From the NCBI RefSeq assembly GCF_004010195.1, contig NC_057740.1, positions 20,108,405 through 20,172,404 of the forward strand: DNA of 64,000 bases, read 5' to 3'. The translations under genes and the position numbers were made by a program. The stretch's first letter is position 1; every line of letters begins with the position of its first letter. Under the pieces are notes generated by a model. The model was not told the origin of the DNA and did not search any database. It saw only the letters and a list, made by a program, of their open reading frames with translations. Positions 1 through 13,925 of this stretch are shown here, in pieces. The DNA comes from Chiloscyllium plagiosum. Taxonomy: Eukaryota.

Positions 1-549
1 TATTCAAATCCAAATCAAACCACAAACTAAAGGTAAATAACAATAACAAACTCAAAACTCAATAGGGCAACTAAAGTCAAAGATTAGGAATGAAGGCAAT
101 GTTGGGATGGAACAGTACAAAATGCTGCTGAATATTGCCATGTTATTATGCTGTTTTAGTTAGTTCCCCAGATATATTGGATGATGCCTGCATCTCCAAC
201 CGAGAAAATTGTATAGAGTGTCTGGGTGTGAGGGGTATTGGGTGCATATATGCTATTTCCTGGTACCTTCAGATTTCTGGCTGCAGGAAGCGCTGGATGC
301 AGTCTCGCTCTAACCTGCAGATTAATTAGGCCAGATAGACCAAAGTCAGAAATTACAACTGCACTATAACAAGAAAAATAATCAAATAAAATCTTCAGCT
401 CAAAATATTACATCAAATGGCCTTTCACAGACTGCTTTTTCAATTTGTTTAATTAATTTGTTTGAATGTGGCATGTGTCTCTTGTACTCACAATACTGAC
501 AAATTGTAATATTTCACATATTACAGCTTCACAAATAAACATTGTGGAG

Positions 550-1200
550 CACAGAAACTAGGGGCAGGAGTTGTCCATTTAATCCTTTCAGCCTGCTCTG
601 CCATTCAATATGATTATGGCTGATCCTCCATTTTAATGCCGTTTTCCACTTTCTCCCCATGTTCTTTGATGCCTTTAAAATCTAACATTCATCTGTCTCT
701 TTCTTGAATATATTCATAAATTTAGCCTCCACAGTCTTTATGGGGAAAAGAATTCTGCAGTTCATAACCCTTTGAGTGAAGAATTCTTTTCTGATCTCAG
801 TCCAAAATGGTCTACCTGAGACTGTATCCCTGCTTCTAGACCAGGAAAAACACCCTTCTTCCATCTACCCTTTCCAGCTCTGTTAGAATTTTGTATGTTT
901 CAATCAGATCCTCTTTCATTCTCTTAAACTCTAATGAATATAAGCTCAGTTGAACCAATCTCTCCTCATAGGACAAGCCTGCCATTCTAGAGATTAGCCG
1001 AGCAAACTTCTGCAGTACTCCTCTACAGCATCTTATACTCTCTTTGAGAAGGAGACTAAAGCAATACCCAGTATTCCAAGACTGGTCTCACCAATGCCCC
1101 GTATAATTGCAGTAAACATCCATACTTCCGAACTCAAATCCTCTTGCAATGTTAGCCACCATACCATTTGCCTTCCTAATTGCTTGCTGTTTCTGTTTAC
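550..1200 (-). mobile_element. CR1-type LINE, decayed 3' fragment
   Basis: Minus-strand ORF 682-864 (SRDTVSGRPFWTEIRKEFFTQRVMNC) matches the CR1 ORF2 C-terminus (SRTRGH...RRNFFTQRVVxxWN); CR1-like 3' UTR lies at the left end. Confidence 0.8.
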
Positions 1201-3589
1201 TTCTAGATTGCCTTATGTGTAAGGAACAGATTTACTGGTTTCTACAACATGTTACAAGATCCTTTTGGAATATACTATACACATCTGGAAGGAAAATAGT
1301 AGTTCTGCAGCAATTCAACATTACAATGATGACTAACAAGAAATGAATGGAATAATCTTTGTGGCTTACAGAGAAAAAAAAATGAATGTACTGCCAACCC
1401 ATCATCTTGACTTTTGAGGACTGCTCACCATTTCCTCAAAGATTTTTATTATTCCTTGATTGTATTCTTGGTAATCTATCTGCTTGGTTTACTTGGATAT
1501 GCATGCAATTTTTCTGTGAAGAGTATTTCAGAAACAGACCTTAAAAATCAGACATTTCTCAGAGCAAAACATAACTTTCAATCTGTCTCCAAAGTTTCAA
1601 ACATAAATGATATACCACTACATCCTGAAAATTAGCTTAGGAATTCCAGTATCTTCAGGCTTTGAATTTACTCCGATATATATGGGACAAATATTAGCTA
1701 CACAAGGAACAATTATACTTGGAAAACTATTTAAAATTAGCTTTAAATTTCCACTTCAGTGGCTTCATAGATGTACTAAGAGCCACTACCCATCCAAAAG
1801 TTATCTTCTCCATTTTTATTTCTATCCATCACACAATTCTTTTTTCTTTCAAAATATATTTTATACATAAACAATGTCTAAATAGAAACAGATATATAGT
1901 CAAAAATACAGTTCAGTACTGTATAGTGGCATATCAAAGAAAAGAACAAACATGGGAGTTTGGCTCCATCCAAACAAACTACAGCCATCTCTTACTTGAA
2001 CCTGACTATGTTTACATGCATTTGAGGCACCAGGAGGGTCCAGTAACTGAATAAACCCCTATCTAACTTCAGCAAAACCTATGACACAATTCTCTCCAGC
2101 TTCTGACAACCTGCTTGTGAGCTGCCTCAAGTTTAGAGACAAAGGAATCATTATACCTCACCTGGATAACTTCCCATTTTGGACATGCTAGCTTTCTTTG
2201 CTAATACTAAGGAGATAGAGAGAGAGAGAGAGTGGGAGAGAGAAAGATCAAAGAATGCAAATATATTAAGCTCTTTGAACATTAGCTATGAACACTGAAT
2301 GTCATTAACACTTATTGTACTTCTTAAAATCTGTCCAGGCATTTTCTTCTTACAAATCATTACTCTGTACTTTAACATTGAAAACTGTTTGTGATTTTGC
2401 TGTTATCTATTTATATGCAATTATCAGGGTGGTTATTCATACTGTCACTGCCAATGACAGAATTCAAAAGAAATGTACCTCGGGAAACTGTGAGCACAAA
2501 GACCACACTGGCAGTGATAGATTATGGCATTAACTATTATAGATGTAAATTAAATATAATAAGTTTTGATAGTCTAGGAATAAAAAGTAAATTTTACATA
2601 ACTACTATATATTTACATAAACATTATTTTTATAACAATTAACTTAAGATTCTGCCATTAATCATTGTGAATTAACTGACACTCAATAAATATACTCAAT
2701 AAATGTCATCTTTTTTTCATATTTCGGTAAATTACAGTACGTTATAAGCTTACATACAAATATTTTCACAATGTTATTCAGTGTCAAATTCATAGATAAT
2801 GAAAGTTATTGGAGGTAGTATTCACCTATAACCTAAATAAAATCTTAGTTTGAGTGCTATGTGCCTGTAGATCATAGGAAGGAGTTTAATGACATACAAA
2901 GACGATCTAGCAGATTCACTTGGTTGGTATCAGTTTGAGCAAAAATAAAAAAAAATTCAATAGCCTGTAAATGATTATTGGGTTATGGGACAAAAGTGGG
3001 ACAGGGTTTGTAGAATTCAGAGGTCATGGAATTGATCTCCAGAGTTAGTAACTGGGGCAGGAATTATCTGAACATACAAGATTCTAGTTTAAACTGATCA
3101 AGAAAAGCAGTTGAAAGGATGAGATTCTATCAGAAATATTTACCCACTGGATAAATGCAAACCAGAGCTGGTTGAATGAACAGGTATGTTCCACTGTGGA
3201 TGGAAGTGCTGACTTTCACCAGTAGAAACTGCAAATGACCTTGCAGGTTGATTCTGAAAGCTCTTGATGGAGAAAGTCTTCCTCATTAGACACTTAGAGT
3301 GGGTCCTGTCTTTCATAATGCAGCTGAACTGGTAAACCAGGTGACGAATGTCAAGTGAATGATGATTTTAGCCACCTCCTGCAATCCACACCATATCAGT
3401 TTTCAGCTGATTAGATTTACTGCAAGTGATAATCATGATAAAAAAATGTATTCTGGAACAATGCTCCTTTTCAGGTACAGCTCTGAGGCTCCATGCACAG
3501 AGCTCAGCGAACACAAATTGTTCACAGTACTGACTTTCAGTTCCATAAATCACTGCCATTCACAGACCCTGGAGGTCTCCGTAGAAGAA

Positions 3590-3740
3590 AATATATTAGC
3601 GGACCCGATGCTCTGGACACAGCAAAAGTTGCAGATTCCAACCAAATTCCAACTGTGCTACAGAAGACTATTGCTCCAATACTAACCCATGCTCCAGACA
3701 AGTTGTTCCTACACAGCTACAACACTGCCACCTCTAAATA
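3590..3740 (+). mobile_element. old LINE reverse-transcriptase fragment
   Basis: Translation LDTAKVADSNQIPTVLQKTIAPILTHAPDKLFLHSYNT resembles the LINE RT-proximal motif KAxGPDxIPxxVLKxCAxELxxPLxxLFxxS. Confidence 0.5.
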
Positions 3741-3857
3741 TCCTCTATAAACTATCAATGAAACTGTGAACTCAGGACTCCTGCTGAGAGAAGTGAAATT
3801 TCGAAACTCAAGCAAGCAGTAAAAATCACAAAATAATAGCCCTTGCTGAATCATTCA

Positions 3858-4198
3858 GGGCAGCATGGTGGCTCAGTGGTTAGCACTGCAGTCTCACAGG
3901 ACCAGGGACCTGGGTTTGATTCCAGCCTCAGGCAACTGACTGTGTGGAGTTTGTACATTCTCCCCGTGTCTGCGTGGGTTTCCTCCGGGTGCTCGGGTTT
4001 TCTCTCACAGTCCTAAGATATGCAGGTCAGGTGAATTGGTCATGCTAAATTGCCCATAGCATTCAGGGTTTGTAGGTTAGGTGCATTAGTCAGGGGTAAA
4101 TGTGGGGGAATGGTTCTGGGTGGGTTACTCTTCAGAGAGTTGGTGTGGACTTGTTGGGCCGAATGGTCTGTTTCCACACTGTAGGGATTCTATGATCT
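3858..4198 (+). mobile_element. HE1-type tRNA-derived SINE
   Basis: A box TGGCTCAGTGG, B box GGTTTGATTCC, V-SINE core tgtgtggagtttg...gggtttcctccgggtgctc, and CR1-derived tail gggccgaatggtctgtttccacactgtag. Confidence 0.9.
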
Positions 4199-5329
4199 AA
4201 AGACTCTTTGGAAACTGTGAACAAAAGCTACTTTTTTCAAACTTGCAGCAGATGACCTGGCAGTCAAAGTATTTTAACATCAGTTTTACTAATTCTGAAT
4301 GATAACTGAAGACTTGTATGTTAAGTTTAAAGAGCATGGAATTTTAAAAAATGTGTAAATGTATCAATTATACAGATGATATTTGTTCATCATGCAGTTT
4401 TACATCTATTCTTTCTCATTCAGGAACAATTCCATAATCAATTTTAATGGACCTCTGACATGATCACAAAACAATTCAAATGGCATAATGCTTTCATTTT
4501 CAGTAATAATCTTTCACAATCCACTAACACTTGGCTGAAAACTGGTATGGCTAACAAAAGTGCTCATCTGATTACATGCTGGGTTTTCCTAGTGGCATGT
4601 GTGTGCCATGTTGTGCAGAACTGCGCTGCCCATTTATGAAGTATAGGCCTATTAATTGATGCCTGCATTTTCCAGATTCCTCTATTTCCTGTCATAGGTA
4701 TTTCATGTGTTACTGGCAATATCTCCGAATGACATCTGGGTAGCATCATTACTTAACAAATATCTATCTACTCTTCATTCATAGGTCTGTCGGAATGTCT
4801 CCACTTCCTCATCAGAACTGTTTCTAATATAATAACAATCTGGAACTCTTTCAGCCTTAGCTTTAGTGTAAACTATCTGTGTTAACTTACTGGAGGTTGA
4901 TGCTGCTTCTGGGATTGTACATGCATGTGTTCCTCATTCACAACATCCTCGGTGCAACAGACACAGGGATGGCCCTAGTTTCTGTTCCTTGTGATGGTTC
5001 TAACGAACCTAATGAGGCACTATTAGAAGGAAGGCAATCCTTCAGTCATGTAATCATTCAACACACACGTAACATTTGAACAGCATTGTCCAAACACTGG
5101 GACATGGCAGCCCCCAACAATGTTTCGATATGGATGTTGCATATCATTGTCCTGATTCAGACATCTGTTACTTTTAGGTGTACTTACAGTAGGAAGGTTC
5201 CAACAATAATGAGAACCTCTCCCAATCTATACAGTAACCAAACCATACATACATGTAGGATAACAGTATAAACATTTATGATCCAAAATGTGAAGGGAGC
5301 AGCTCTTGCACCATGTGAGGGCCATGGGC

Positions 5330-5900
5330 TCGTGGAAGGTGATTGCTGCTTTGCTAATAAAGGTGAATCTTTCCAGGCAGCAAAACATTGCTTAAGCCTC
5401 ACAGTCATTGGAACAATTGATTCATAATGTTGCTTGACGTAGACAAGAGTGCTTAAGGTCAGGAATTTTAATCAATACCGTCGGTTAATGTGCAAGATTT
5501 TATGATTACTAATCCCTCCAACAAAGCCAGGTGGTGCTGCCTGTTAATGACCACCACCCCCACTACGCAGAACCTCTTTTGCTCCCATGCTGTATCTTCC
5601 CACCTCCCCATATATGTTGAGGTACCCCTTTCTTAATTACTATCCCTTCTGCATCGCAGCACGCTGTCTCCAATTTCCACAATTGAGTCTCCCAGCTATC
5701 CTGCCACACAGAGGTCTGTGAGAACTCTCCTGGATTATCAGTGGATACATCACCAGATCCAACCATGGTGCAATGCCTGACTAATTTTGAGAGACAGCAA
5801 CGACTGGTAAATGAACAGACCCCTGACTAATTGCTGTGCAAATCTCCAGCTGACTTGTGATTCCCCAGACTGATTACACTGGACCTACAGGGCTGAGCAT
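5330..5900 (-). mobile_element. possible PIF/Harbinger transposase remnant
   Basis: Minus-strand frameshifted peptides AGDL..ISQGSVH (~5800-5860) and IKKGVP resemble HARBI1-family motifs GDLCGISQxxVH and GDKGYP; heavily decayed. Confidence 0.3.
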
Positions 5901-7620
5901 GGCCCATACTCTAGGATGGGAGAGGTATAAGACCCCTGATTGCCCCAAATAGCCAAGTGATCATGTCCAAACTCCTGGACTGTTATCTGATGACATCCTT
6001 GATTAACAGTATCAGCCTGTCAACAGCAATCCCCTCCCCCTCACCCACCCCCATCCCCAACTATCACTGAGGACTACCCCCTTTGGCTTTGAGACATGAC
6101 TGTTTGGTTAAGTATGTGCAGTGGAATTGTCATGCTCATTAATGTCGTGTTGTGCAACAGATTCACCCCTATGACTGATCACTGCAGAAAGCCATGACAA
6201 GCTGCTGACTTTGTGTCCATGCTCAGACAAGGCAAGACAAAAGTACTGCAATCCTTTAAGGTCAGGCTGAGGGGTCAAAGTGAAAAATGTCAATGTCACA
6301 CAAGAATGTGGTAAGCATCAAAGTAGATGGAAAATGATTGAGTGTTAGATAACCTTGAGGCCCAGTCCATAACTTGAGTGACCTGGCAGCAGCATTACTC
6401 TGAAATGTGATGGTGTGCTCCAAAATGAAAGGTTGAAGTTGAAAACTGTATAATAAATGGGTCAGAGATGTTCCACAATGATACAGTGAGGCCAGTACTT
6501 GCCCAATGCTAACCTCCATGGATGGGGATTGCAGGTAGTTACTGCCCATGGCTTGTGCCCTGAGATATTGGTGACTGTTGTCCAAGATACAGCCCCAGAG
6601 GAGCAGGCAGAAAGCTGGAGATGTCAAATACCAATTTTTACCTTCATGTCAGGATTGTCGTCGTCCAGTTTCTCTCTAGATTGTGGGAGAATCTAAAAAT
6701 GTGTATCAATAAGATGAGATTAGGTTAAATATCAATTGAATGTTTTTGCTGCAAATATGACTCTTGCGGCTTAACATATTTTCACAACTGTCTTACCATT
6801 GCCCAACGTCATTAAGAGACAATTCCATCCATTTGTGAAGTAATTATTTTTGCTAACAACCGCAAGTTGGAATTTCTTTTTAAAGTTAGTGGTCTCTCTT
6901 AAGACTACAACAAATTAATGTTTTTCAAGCACTGTTTGATGCTACTAACCCATTGTCGCTGATTGCTTATAAAAATTGACAATTAGAAAGAGCTCATGCC
7001 TATTTCTACAGTAAACAAGAACACAGCACGTTTGTAAGCCAAATAGCTAGTTGACTGCAGTCTAACAGGTTTTATGAATTGTTTTGGCTGTTGCAATAAC
7101 ATGCGTGCACAGCGGCATTCAACGCTGTCAGGAAAGTGGCATAAACAAAGCTGCAAAATCAGAACAAATCACAACAGTTTTGAACAAGACCAAGCATGTT
7201 GCTCTTCTGTCACAAGGTGTGGACTTCTCATAATACTGACATTGACTGTAATATTTGCTGCATGAAATCTCTGAATACTATTGATTCTCCTAATGCTACA
7301 AAAAAGCTTGTTAGACCCAATCAGGACTGCCAAACCAGAATATTGATCGGGTACCTTGGTACTGAGTTCCACTAATGTGAAATATTTAACATTCATCAAA
7401 CACATGTTCTTCACCTACCTTTAATTGCTTTCTATACCTGCACTAATAAATAAATACTGCTCCCATTTGGACATTATCATGTCCAATTACATTCACTGTG
7501 AGAATATGAAAACCTTCAAGCTACTCACTATCCTTCAAGCTACAGTATATATTTAAATATTCTTTTTTGACATCTCCTATTCATACATCTGACACCACTA
7601 CCCACTCTTCTGCCTATCAT

Positions 7621-7925
7621 TGGCACAGTGGTTAGCACTGCTGCCTCACAGCGCCAGAGACCCGGGTTCAATTCCCGTCTCAGGTGACTGACTGTGTGGA
7701 GTTTGCACATTTTGTCCGTGTCTGCATGGGTTTCCTCCGGGTGCTCCGGTTTCCTCCCACAGTCCAAATATGTGCAAGTTAGGTGAATTGGCCATGCTAA
7801 ATTGCCCGTAGTGTTAGGGGTAAATGTAGGGAAATGGGTCTGGGTGGGTTGCGCTTCAGCAGGTCAGTGTGGATTTATTGGGCCAAAGGGCCTGTTTCCA
7901 CACTGTAGGTAATCTAATCTAATCA
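7621..7925 (+). mobile_element. HE1-type SINE
   Basis: tggcacagtggttagcactgctgcctcacagcgccagagacccgggttcaattccc... ending in a (taatc)n tail. Confidence 0.92.
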
Positions 7926-7987
7926 TTACCATTTGTCATGCCTCGACAGCCAGGCAGCTCCTAAATACCCCTGAGGCTCCCAGCTTC

Positions 7988-8075
7988 AGCCCTGATGAAG
8001 GGCTTTTGCCTGAAATGTTGATTTTCCTGCTCCTTGGATGCTGCCTGACCTGTTGTGCTTTTCCACACCACACTA
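7988..8075 (+). mobile_element. Penelope-like pLTR fragment with hammerhead-like core
   Basis: CTGATGA-AGGGC-TTTT-GCCT-GAAA followed by ggatgctgcctgacctgttgtgcttttcca, the same short repeat family seen at 41.9, 52.4, 53.5, 55.4, 56.0 and 59.9 kb. Confidence 0.65.
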
Positions 8076-8508
8076 TCAATCTCATGTTTAAGTCCACCTC
8101 TTATTTTTGTCCAAAAATTCTGGTATTTTTCATATACCTCATGTGTAGGTTGACCCTAGTTTTTCGGGGATCTCTTCCTGACCATATATGCAGCCTTAAA
8201 GGGCATGATTTGCATATTTTTGTTTCAAATGAAATAACTGCATCATCACATGATAAGCGCACCGGTATATATTTGCACAATGCGATTTTCAAATGGTTAA
8301 ATTGAATATTGATAACTATATATGCTGTATATATTTATTTATGTAATATTTACATATGTATATTTGACCTGTGAATGCAAATAACTGCGACACCCTATGG
8401 CAGCCCTCGGCCTTGTCTTCCCGCTGTTGCCTCAGTTTCTTAGAAGTAGGTGTTGTGTACAGTTGTGCTTGAACTTATTGTAAAACTCCCTCAAACTTTT
8501 CTGACAAA

Positions 8509-9760
8509 ATGGCATCACAAAGAAACAAGTATACAGCATGGTTTAAACTAAAATTTATTGAAGATGCAGAGAAGACCAACAATAGCATAGCAGCAAGAGA
8601 GTTCTGTTTCTGAAAAACTTGTTTGAGATTGGAGGAAAAAAGCCACACAGTTAAAAGCTCTGCCAAACCAGCACTACGCAAACTGAGGAAAGCTGAACAA
8701 GTGACCACAACTAGAAGAAAAGATTGCTGACTGGGTAATTCAGTGTCATCAGAACGGAAACATAATGACTCAACAACATATAAGAATATGTGCTAAAAAC
8801 AAAGCAAAAAAAGATGGATTCAGTAACTTCAAAGCCAGTGCCGGATGGGGCTTTATGAAATGGTATGATTTAGTGCTTAGACAGAAAACCAAGATTGCCC
8901 AACGTCTACCAGCGGAACTTAATGACAAGTTAATTGGGTTCCATCGCTTTGTAATCAGAAATTGGAAGAAAAATGAATACAGGCTCTCATACAATGGTAA
9001 TATGGGTGAAGCTCCAATGAAGTTTGATATGCCAAAAACAATTTTGGTTAAGACTACTGGCCATGAAAGAAGCCGATTCACTTTGGTACTTGGTTGTATG
9101 GCAGATGGAACAAAGTTAAAGCCTATGGTGATTTTTAAACAGAAACTCTGCCCAAACAGCAAATTCTGAAAGGCATTGCTGTCCTCCTCCATGAAAAAGG
9201 GTGGATGGATGAAGGTGGCTGCAAGATTTGGATAAGGGAGGTCTGAAATATGCGACCAGGTGGACTTAGAAAGGAAAAAAGCTTACTGGTATGGGATATG
9301 TTCTGATCAGACAGAGTGAAGTGTTATCAGTGAACTTCGAGCTAACAATACTGACATTGCATTGACTCCTGGAGGCCTTACGAACATGGTGCAGCCACTG
9401 GATGTTAGCAACAATAAACTTTTTAAGGACTTAGTATGGAAGAAATGGGACACTTGGATGCAAGAAGGGGAAAAATCTTCACAAAGAGTGGCAACATGCA
9501 TGTGAGTGGATTGTTGAGTCCTGGAAGGAGGTGAGAACTGAAATTATTGTGAAAGCCTTTAAAAAATCTGGAATTTCTAATGCTTTAGATGGTACTGAGG
9601 ATGTCTGTTTATGGTCAGATTGAAGTGATGACAAATCAATTGATGATTCTCTTGAGAATGCAGATGAAGATGATCCATACAATGATATGCTTGACCCAGG
9701 CGACTGGAATGAATTATTCAGTGGTGCAACTGATGAGGACAGTGAATTTGAAGGATTTTA
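8509..9760 (+). pseudogene. pogo-family (POGK-like) transposase, multiple stops/frameshifts
   Basis: ORF 8765-9169 plus adjacent frameshifted segments. Confidence 0.8.
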
Positions 9761-10138
9761 ATGGACTTTTGCATGTACTGGTAACTTTTGTTTTAAACAG
9801 TCATCCCATAATATTTGTGATATACTGTGAGAAGAGGTTTTTGCTGTGAATATAAGTTTTTTGATGTGGTGTGTTTATCATACATTATAAATAGTTTCAT
9901 GCAGTCTTTTCAAATAAAATAATATCAAACTTTTTTCTTGTTTTTACTGCTCCTCTGTTTTTATTTCATGAATTGTGTGTTATACAAATACCCCCGGTAG
10001 ATGGCCTGACCACCTGCTGGTATGCCTATTACCTTTTGTACATATGTGTAAACCTACATGCACTTTAAAGTACTGTTAACTGGAATACTTTATGACGTTA
10101 CCATTCTACCATAGTAGGCAGAATGGAGACAGTTATTT

Positions 10139-12800
10139 TAGAACATAGAACATAGAACATTAAGCGCAATACAGGCCCTTCGGCCCTCAATGTTGCACCA
10201 CTCTGTCATACTAATCTGAAGCTCATCCCACCTACACTATTCCATGTATGTCCATATGCCTGTCCAATGACGACTTAAATGCACTTAAACTTGGCGAATC
10301 TACTACCGATGCAGGCAAAGCATTCCATACCCTTACTATTCTCTGAGTAAAGAAACCACCTCTGACATCTGTCTTATACCTATCTCCCCTCACTTTAAGG
10401 TTTGCCGTCCCCATACTTGGAAAAAGGCTCTCCCTGTCCACCCTATCTAACCCTCTGATTATCTTGTATGTCTCTATTAAGTCACCTCTCAACCTTTAAC
10501 GAGAACAGCCTCAAGGCCCTCAGCCTTTCCTCGTAAGACATTCCTTCCATACCAGGCAACATCCTAGTAAATCTCTTCTGCACCCTTTCCAAAGCTTCCA
10601 CATCCTTCTTATAATGCGGTGACCAGAACTGTACACAAAACTCCAAGTGTGGCCTTACCAGAGCTTTTTACAGCTACAGCATAACCTCCTGGTTCCAGAA
10701 CTCAATCCCTCTATTAATAAAGGCCAAAACACTGTATGCCTTCTTAACAACCCTTTCAATTTGGGTGGCAACTTTCACGGATCTGTGTACATGGACACTG
10801 AGATCTCTCTGCTCATCTGCACTCCCAAGAATCCTACCATTAGCCCAGTACTTTGTATTCTGATTACTCACCTCACACTTGCCCACATTAAACTCCATTT
10901 GCCACCTCTCAGCCCAGCTCTGCATCTTATCTATGTCTTTCTGCAGCCTACTACATCCTTCGTCACTATCCACAACTCCACCGACCTTAGTGTCGTCTGC
11001 AAATTTACTAACCCACCCTTCTAAGCCCTCATCCAGATCATTTATAAAAATGACAAACAGCAGTGGACCCAACACCGACCCTTGCGGTACACCGCTAGTA
11101 ACTGGACACCAAGATGAACATGTTCCATCAACTACAGCCCTCTGTTTTCGTTCAGCAAGCCAATTACTGATCCAAACTGCTATGTCTCCCACAATCCCAT
11201 TCCTCCGCAGTTTGTATAATAACCTACTGTGGGGAACCTTATCGAACGCCTTGCTGAAATCCATATACACCACATCAACTGGTTTACTCTCATCTACCTG
11301 TTTGGTCACTTTGTCAAAAAGGTCAATAAGATTCGTTAGGCATGACCTACCCTTCACAAAACTGTGCTGACTGTCCCTGATCAGATTATTCTTTTCTAGA
11401 TGGTTATAAACCCTATCTCTTATAACCTTTTCCAACACTTTACCAACAACTGAAGTGAGACTCACTGGTCTGTGATTATCAGGGTTGTCTCTACTACCCT
11501 TTTTGAACAAGGGAACCACATTTGCTATCCCCCAGTCCTCAGGTACTATTCCTGTAGACAATGACGATTTGAAGGTCAATGCCAAAGGCTTGGCAATCTC
11601 TTCCCTTGCTTCCCAGAGGATCCTAAGATAGATCCCATCCGGCCCAGGGGACTTGTCTATTTTCACACTCTGCAGTATTTCTAATACCTCTTCCTTGTGA
11701 ACCTCAAAGCTTCTAGTTTAGATGCAAGAATCTTTGTATCTTCCTCGCCAACATTTTCATTTTCTATAGTGAACACTGTCGAAAAATATTTATTTAGTGC
11801 TTCCCCTATCTCCTCTGACTCCACACACAACTTCCCACTATTATCCTTGATTGGCCCTAATTTAACTCTCATCATTCTTTTATTCTTGACATACCTATGG
11901 AAAGCCTTAGGGTTAACCCTGATCCTATCCACCAACAACTTCTCATGTCTCCTCCTGGCTCTTCTGAGCTCTCTCTTTAGGTTGTTCCTGACTTCCTTGT
12001 AACCCTCAAGCACCCTAACTGAGTTTTCATATTTTGTCCTAACATAAGCCTTCTTCTTCTTCTTGATCAGGGATTCCACTTCCTTAGTAAACCATGGCTC
12101 ACGCGTTCTCTATCTTCCTCCCTGCCTGACAGGTACATACTTATCTAGGACACACCAGAGCTTTTCCTTGAATAAGCTCCACATTTTTAATATGCTCATC
12201 CCCTGCAGTTTCCTTCCCTATTCTACGCTTCCTAAATCTTTCCTAATTGCATCGTAATTTCCCTTCCCCCAGCTGTAACTCTTGCTCGGTGGAGTACACC
12301 TATCCCTTTCCATCACTAAAGTAAACCTGACAGAATTGTGTCTCCAAAGTGCTCACCTACTTCCAAATCTAACACCTGGCCAGGCTTGTTACCCACTACT
12401 AAATCTAAAGTGGCTTCGCCCCTTGTAGGCCTGTCTACATACTGTGTCAGGAAGCCCTCCTGCACACATTGGACAAAAACTGATCCACCTATAGTACTCG
12501 TACTGTAGTGATCCCAGTCAATATTTGGATAGTTGAAGACCCCCATGACAACTACCCTGCCTCTCTCACTCCGATCGAGAATCATCTTTGCTATCCTTTC
12601 ATCTACATCTCTGGGACTATTTGGAGGCCTATAGAAAACTCCCAGCATGGTGACATCTCCTTTCCTGTTTCTAACCTCAGCCCATACTACCTCAGTTAAC
12701 GAGTCCCCAAACATCCTTTCTACAACTGTAATATAGTCCCTGATCAACAATGCCACACCTCCCCCTCTTTAACCATCTTCTCTGTTCTTACTGAAACATC
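10139..12800 (-). mobile_element. CR1 LINE, 5'-truncated, ~2.7 kb, relatively young
   Basis: ORFs 12316-12756 (APE endonuclease, GVFYRPPNS), 11681-12079, 10674-11666 (RT: KSPGPDGI, YMDFSKAFDKVPH, GVPQGSVLGP, SKFADDTK) and 10232-10492; (ATGTTCT)n tail at 10139-10160. Confidence 0.95.
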
Positions 12801-13329
12801 TGGTAAATATTCAAAATTGGCCATAATACTGTTCCCTTTTGTTGTTTATTATTTTATATAGACATCTGGCTCTTTGTCCATTTTTTGACTCATGCCAAGC
12901 ATACATTTCATTCCTTTGAAAGCAATAACTCGTATATAAGCTGACCCCCTAATTTCAGCTTTAAAAATGGTCTTCAAAACTTGACCAATACACAAGTAAA
13001 TATGGTACATTTATTTTAAACTTGTATCGGTTTTTTTTTAAAATCTTTCAATAACTAGTCCTCCCATCACCTGCTGCCGACAACCGAAATTTATATTGTG
13101 TTTTAAATATGCAAGATGAAAGTGCTAAATGCACTTTGCAGGGATCAGAATGTCAAACAAGTGAAAATAGTTTAGGAGGATTTGATTCAATTATTTCATG
13201 GGTTTTATTGGCAATGCCAACATTGATTACCCACCTAACTAAGTCAGATAACTGGGACAGTAGAGAAGAATTTAAACTAAATAATGGAAGGGAGGGATTA
13301 AGTTTGGGAAGGTTCACTGGATGAGGAAG

Positions 13330-13925
13330 CTCCAAAAACCCCATCAGGTCTTTTTTTGTGACTCAGACTTGCTTCAGTAACACATCGCCCTGTTCCCTGG
13401 CCAACATCTTTGTCTCAGGCTTCCTGCAATGCTCCAGCAAAGCTCACCACAAGCTGAAACAACAGCACATCATTTTCCACTTGGAGACTGTCCCTCCCTC
13501 CTCAATATCGAGCTCAATGATTTTAGATCCTGATCTCTCCCATGCCCGAGCCCCCTACCCTACACTTGAGACTTTGTTGCCACATGGGCTGCCATTACAC
13601 ATTATCTACTGTTCGTCGCTAACAGGCCCCATTAACAACTATTCACCCTCCAAGCCAGATTGTCATCCATTTCTTTGTCTTTCTAACTGTTCTTCTCTCT
13701 CTTTGAGCTCTATCCCCACCTATCATTTACTCCTTACCCCTCCCTCCACCCTATCTTCTGCATATGAATGGATATTTTCCTTGCTACCATCAGCTCTGAG
13801 GAAGGGTCACCAGACCTGAAATGTTAACTCTAATTTCCCTTCACAGATGCTGCTAGACCTGCTAAGCCTTCCCAGCAACTTCTGTTTTTGTTTGTGATTT
13901 AGAGCATCCACATTTCTTTCAGTTA
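13330..13925 (+). mobile_element. Penelope-like element 3' fragment with pLTR
   Basis: GFLQCSSKAHHKLKQQHIIFHLET resembles the PLE GIY-YIG C-terminus (RKLEEQHLIFRLG); pLTR with CTGAGGA-AGGGTC-ACCA-GACCT-GAAA at ~13796-13821. Confidence 0.7.

Larger units (their letters stand above)
8080..13007 (+). mobile_element. pogo/Tigger (Tc1-mariner superfamily) DNA transposon, decayed, interrupted by a CR1
   Basis: Broken transposase 8509-9760: N-terminal KYTAWFKLKFIEDAEKTNNSIAAREF, CENP-B-like FKASAGW, DDE region (GNMGEAPMKFDMP, KTTGHERSRFTLVLGCMADGTKLKPMVIFK, GWMDE, VQPLDVSNNKLFK) and acidic tail. Tigger-like right end cttgaccaatacacaagtaaatatggTA at ~12980-13007; related sub-terminal motifs near 8080-8160. 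Confidence 0.85.

Noticed and set aside
150-330. Possible minus-strand exon (ctgcag|G TTA GAG CGA GAC TGC ATC CAG CGC TTC CTG, LERDCIQRFL, faintly RGS-like)
   Set aside because: Early stop, weak pyrimidine tract and no partner exons identified; cannot be supported.
3858-3935. tRNA gene
   Set aside because: The A/B boxes are the head of a SINE; no full cloverleaf.
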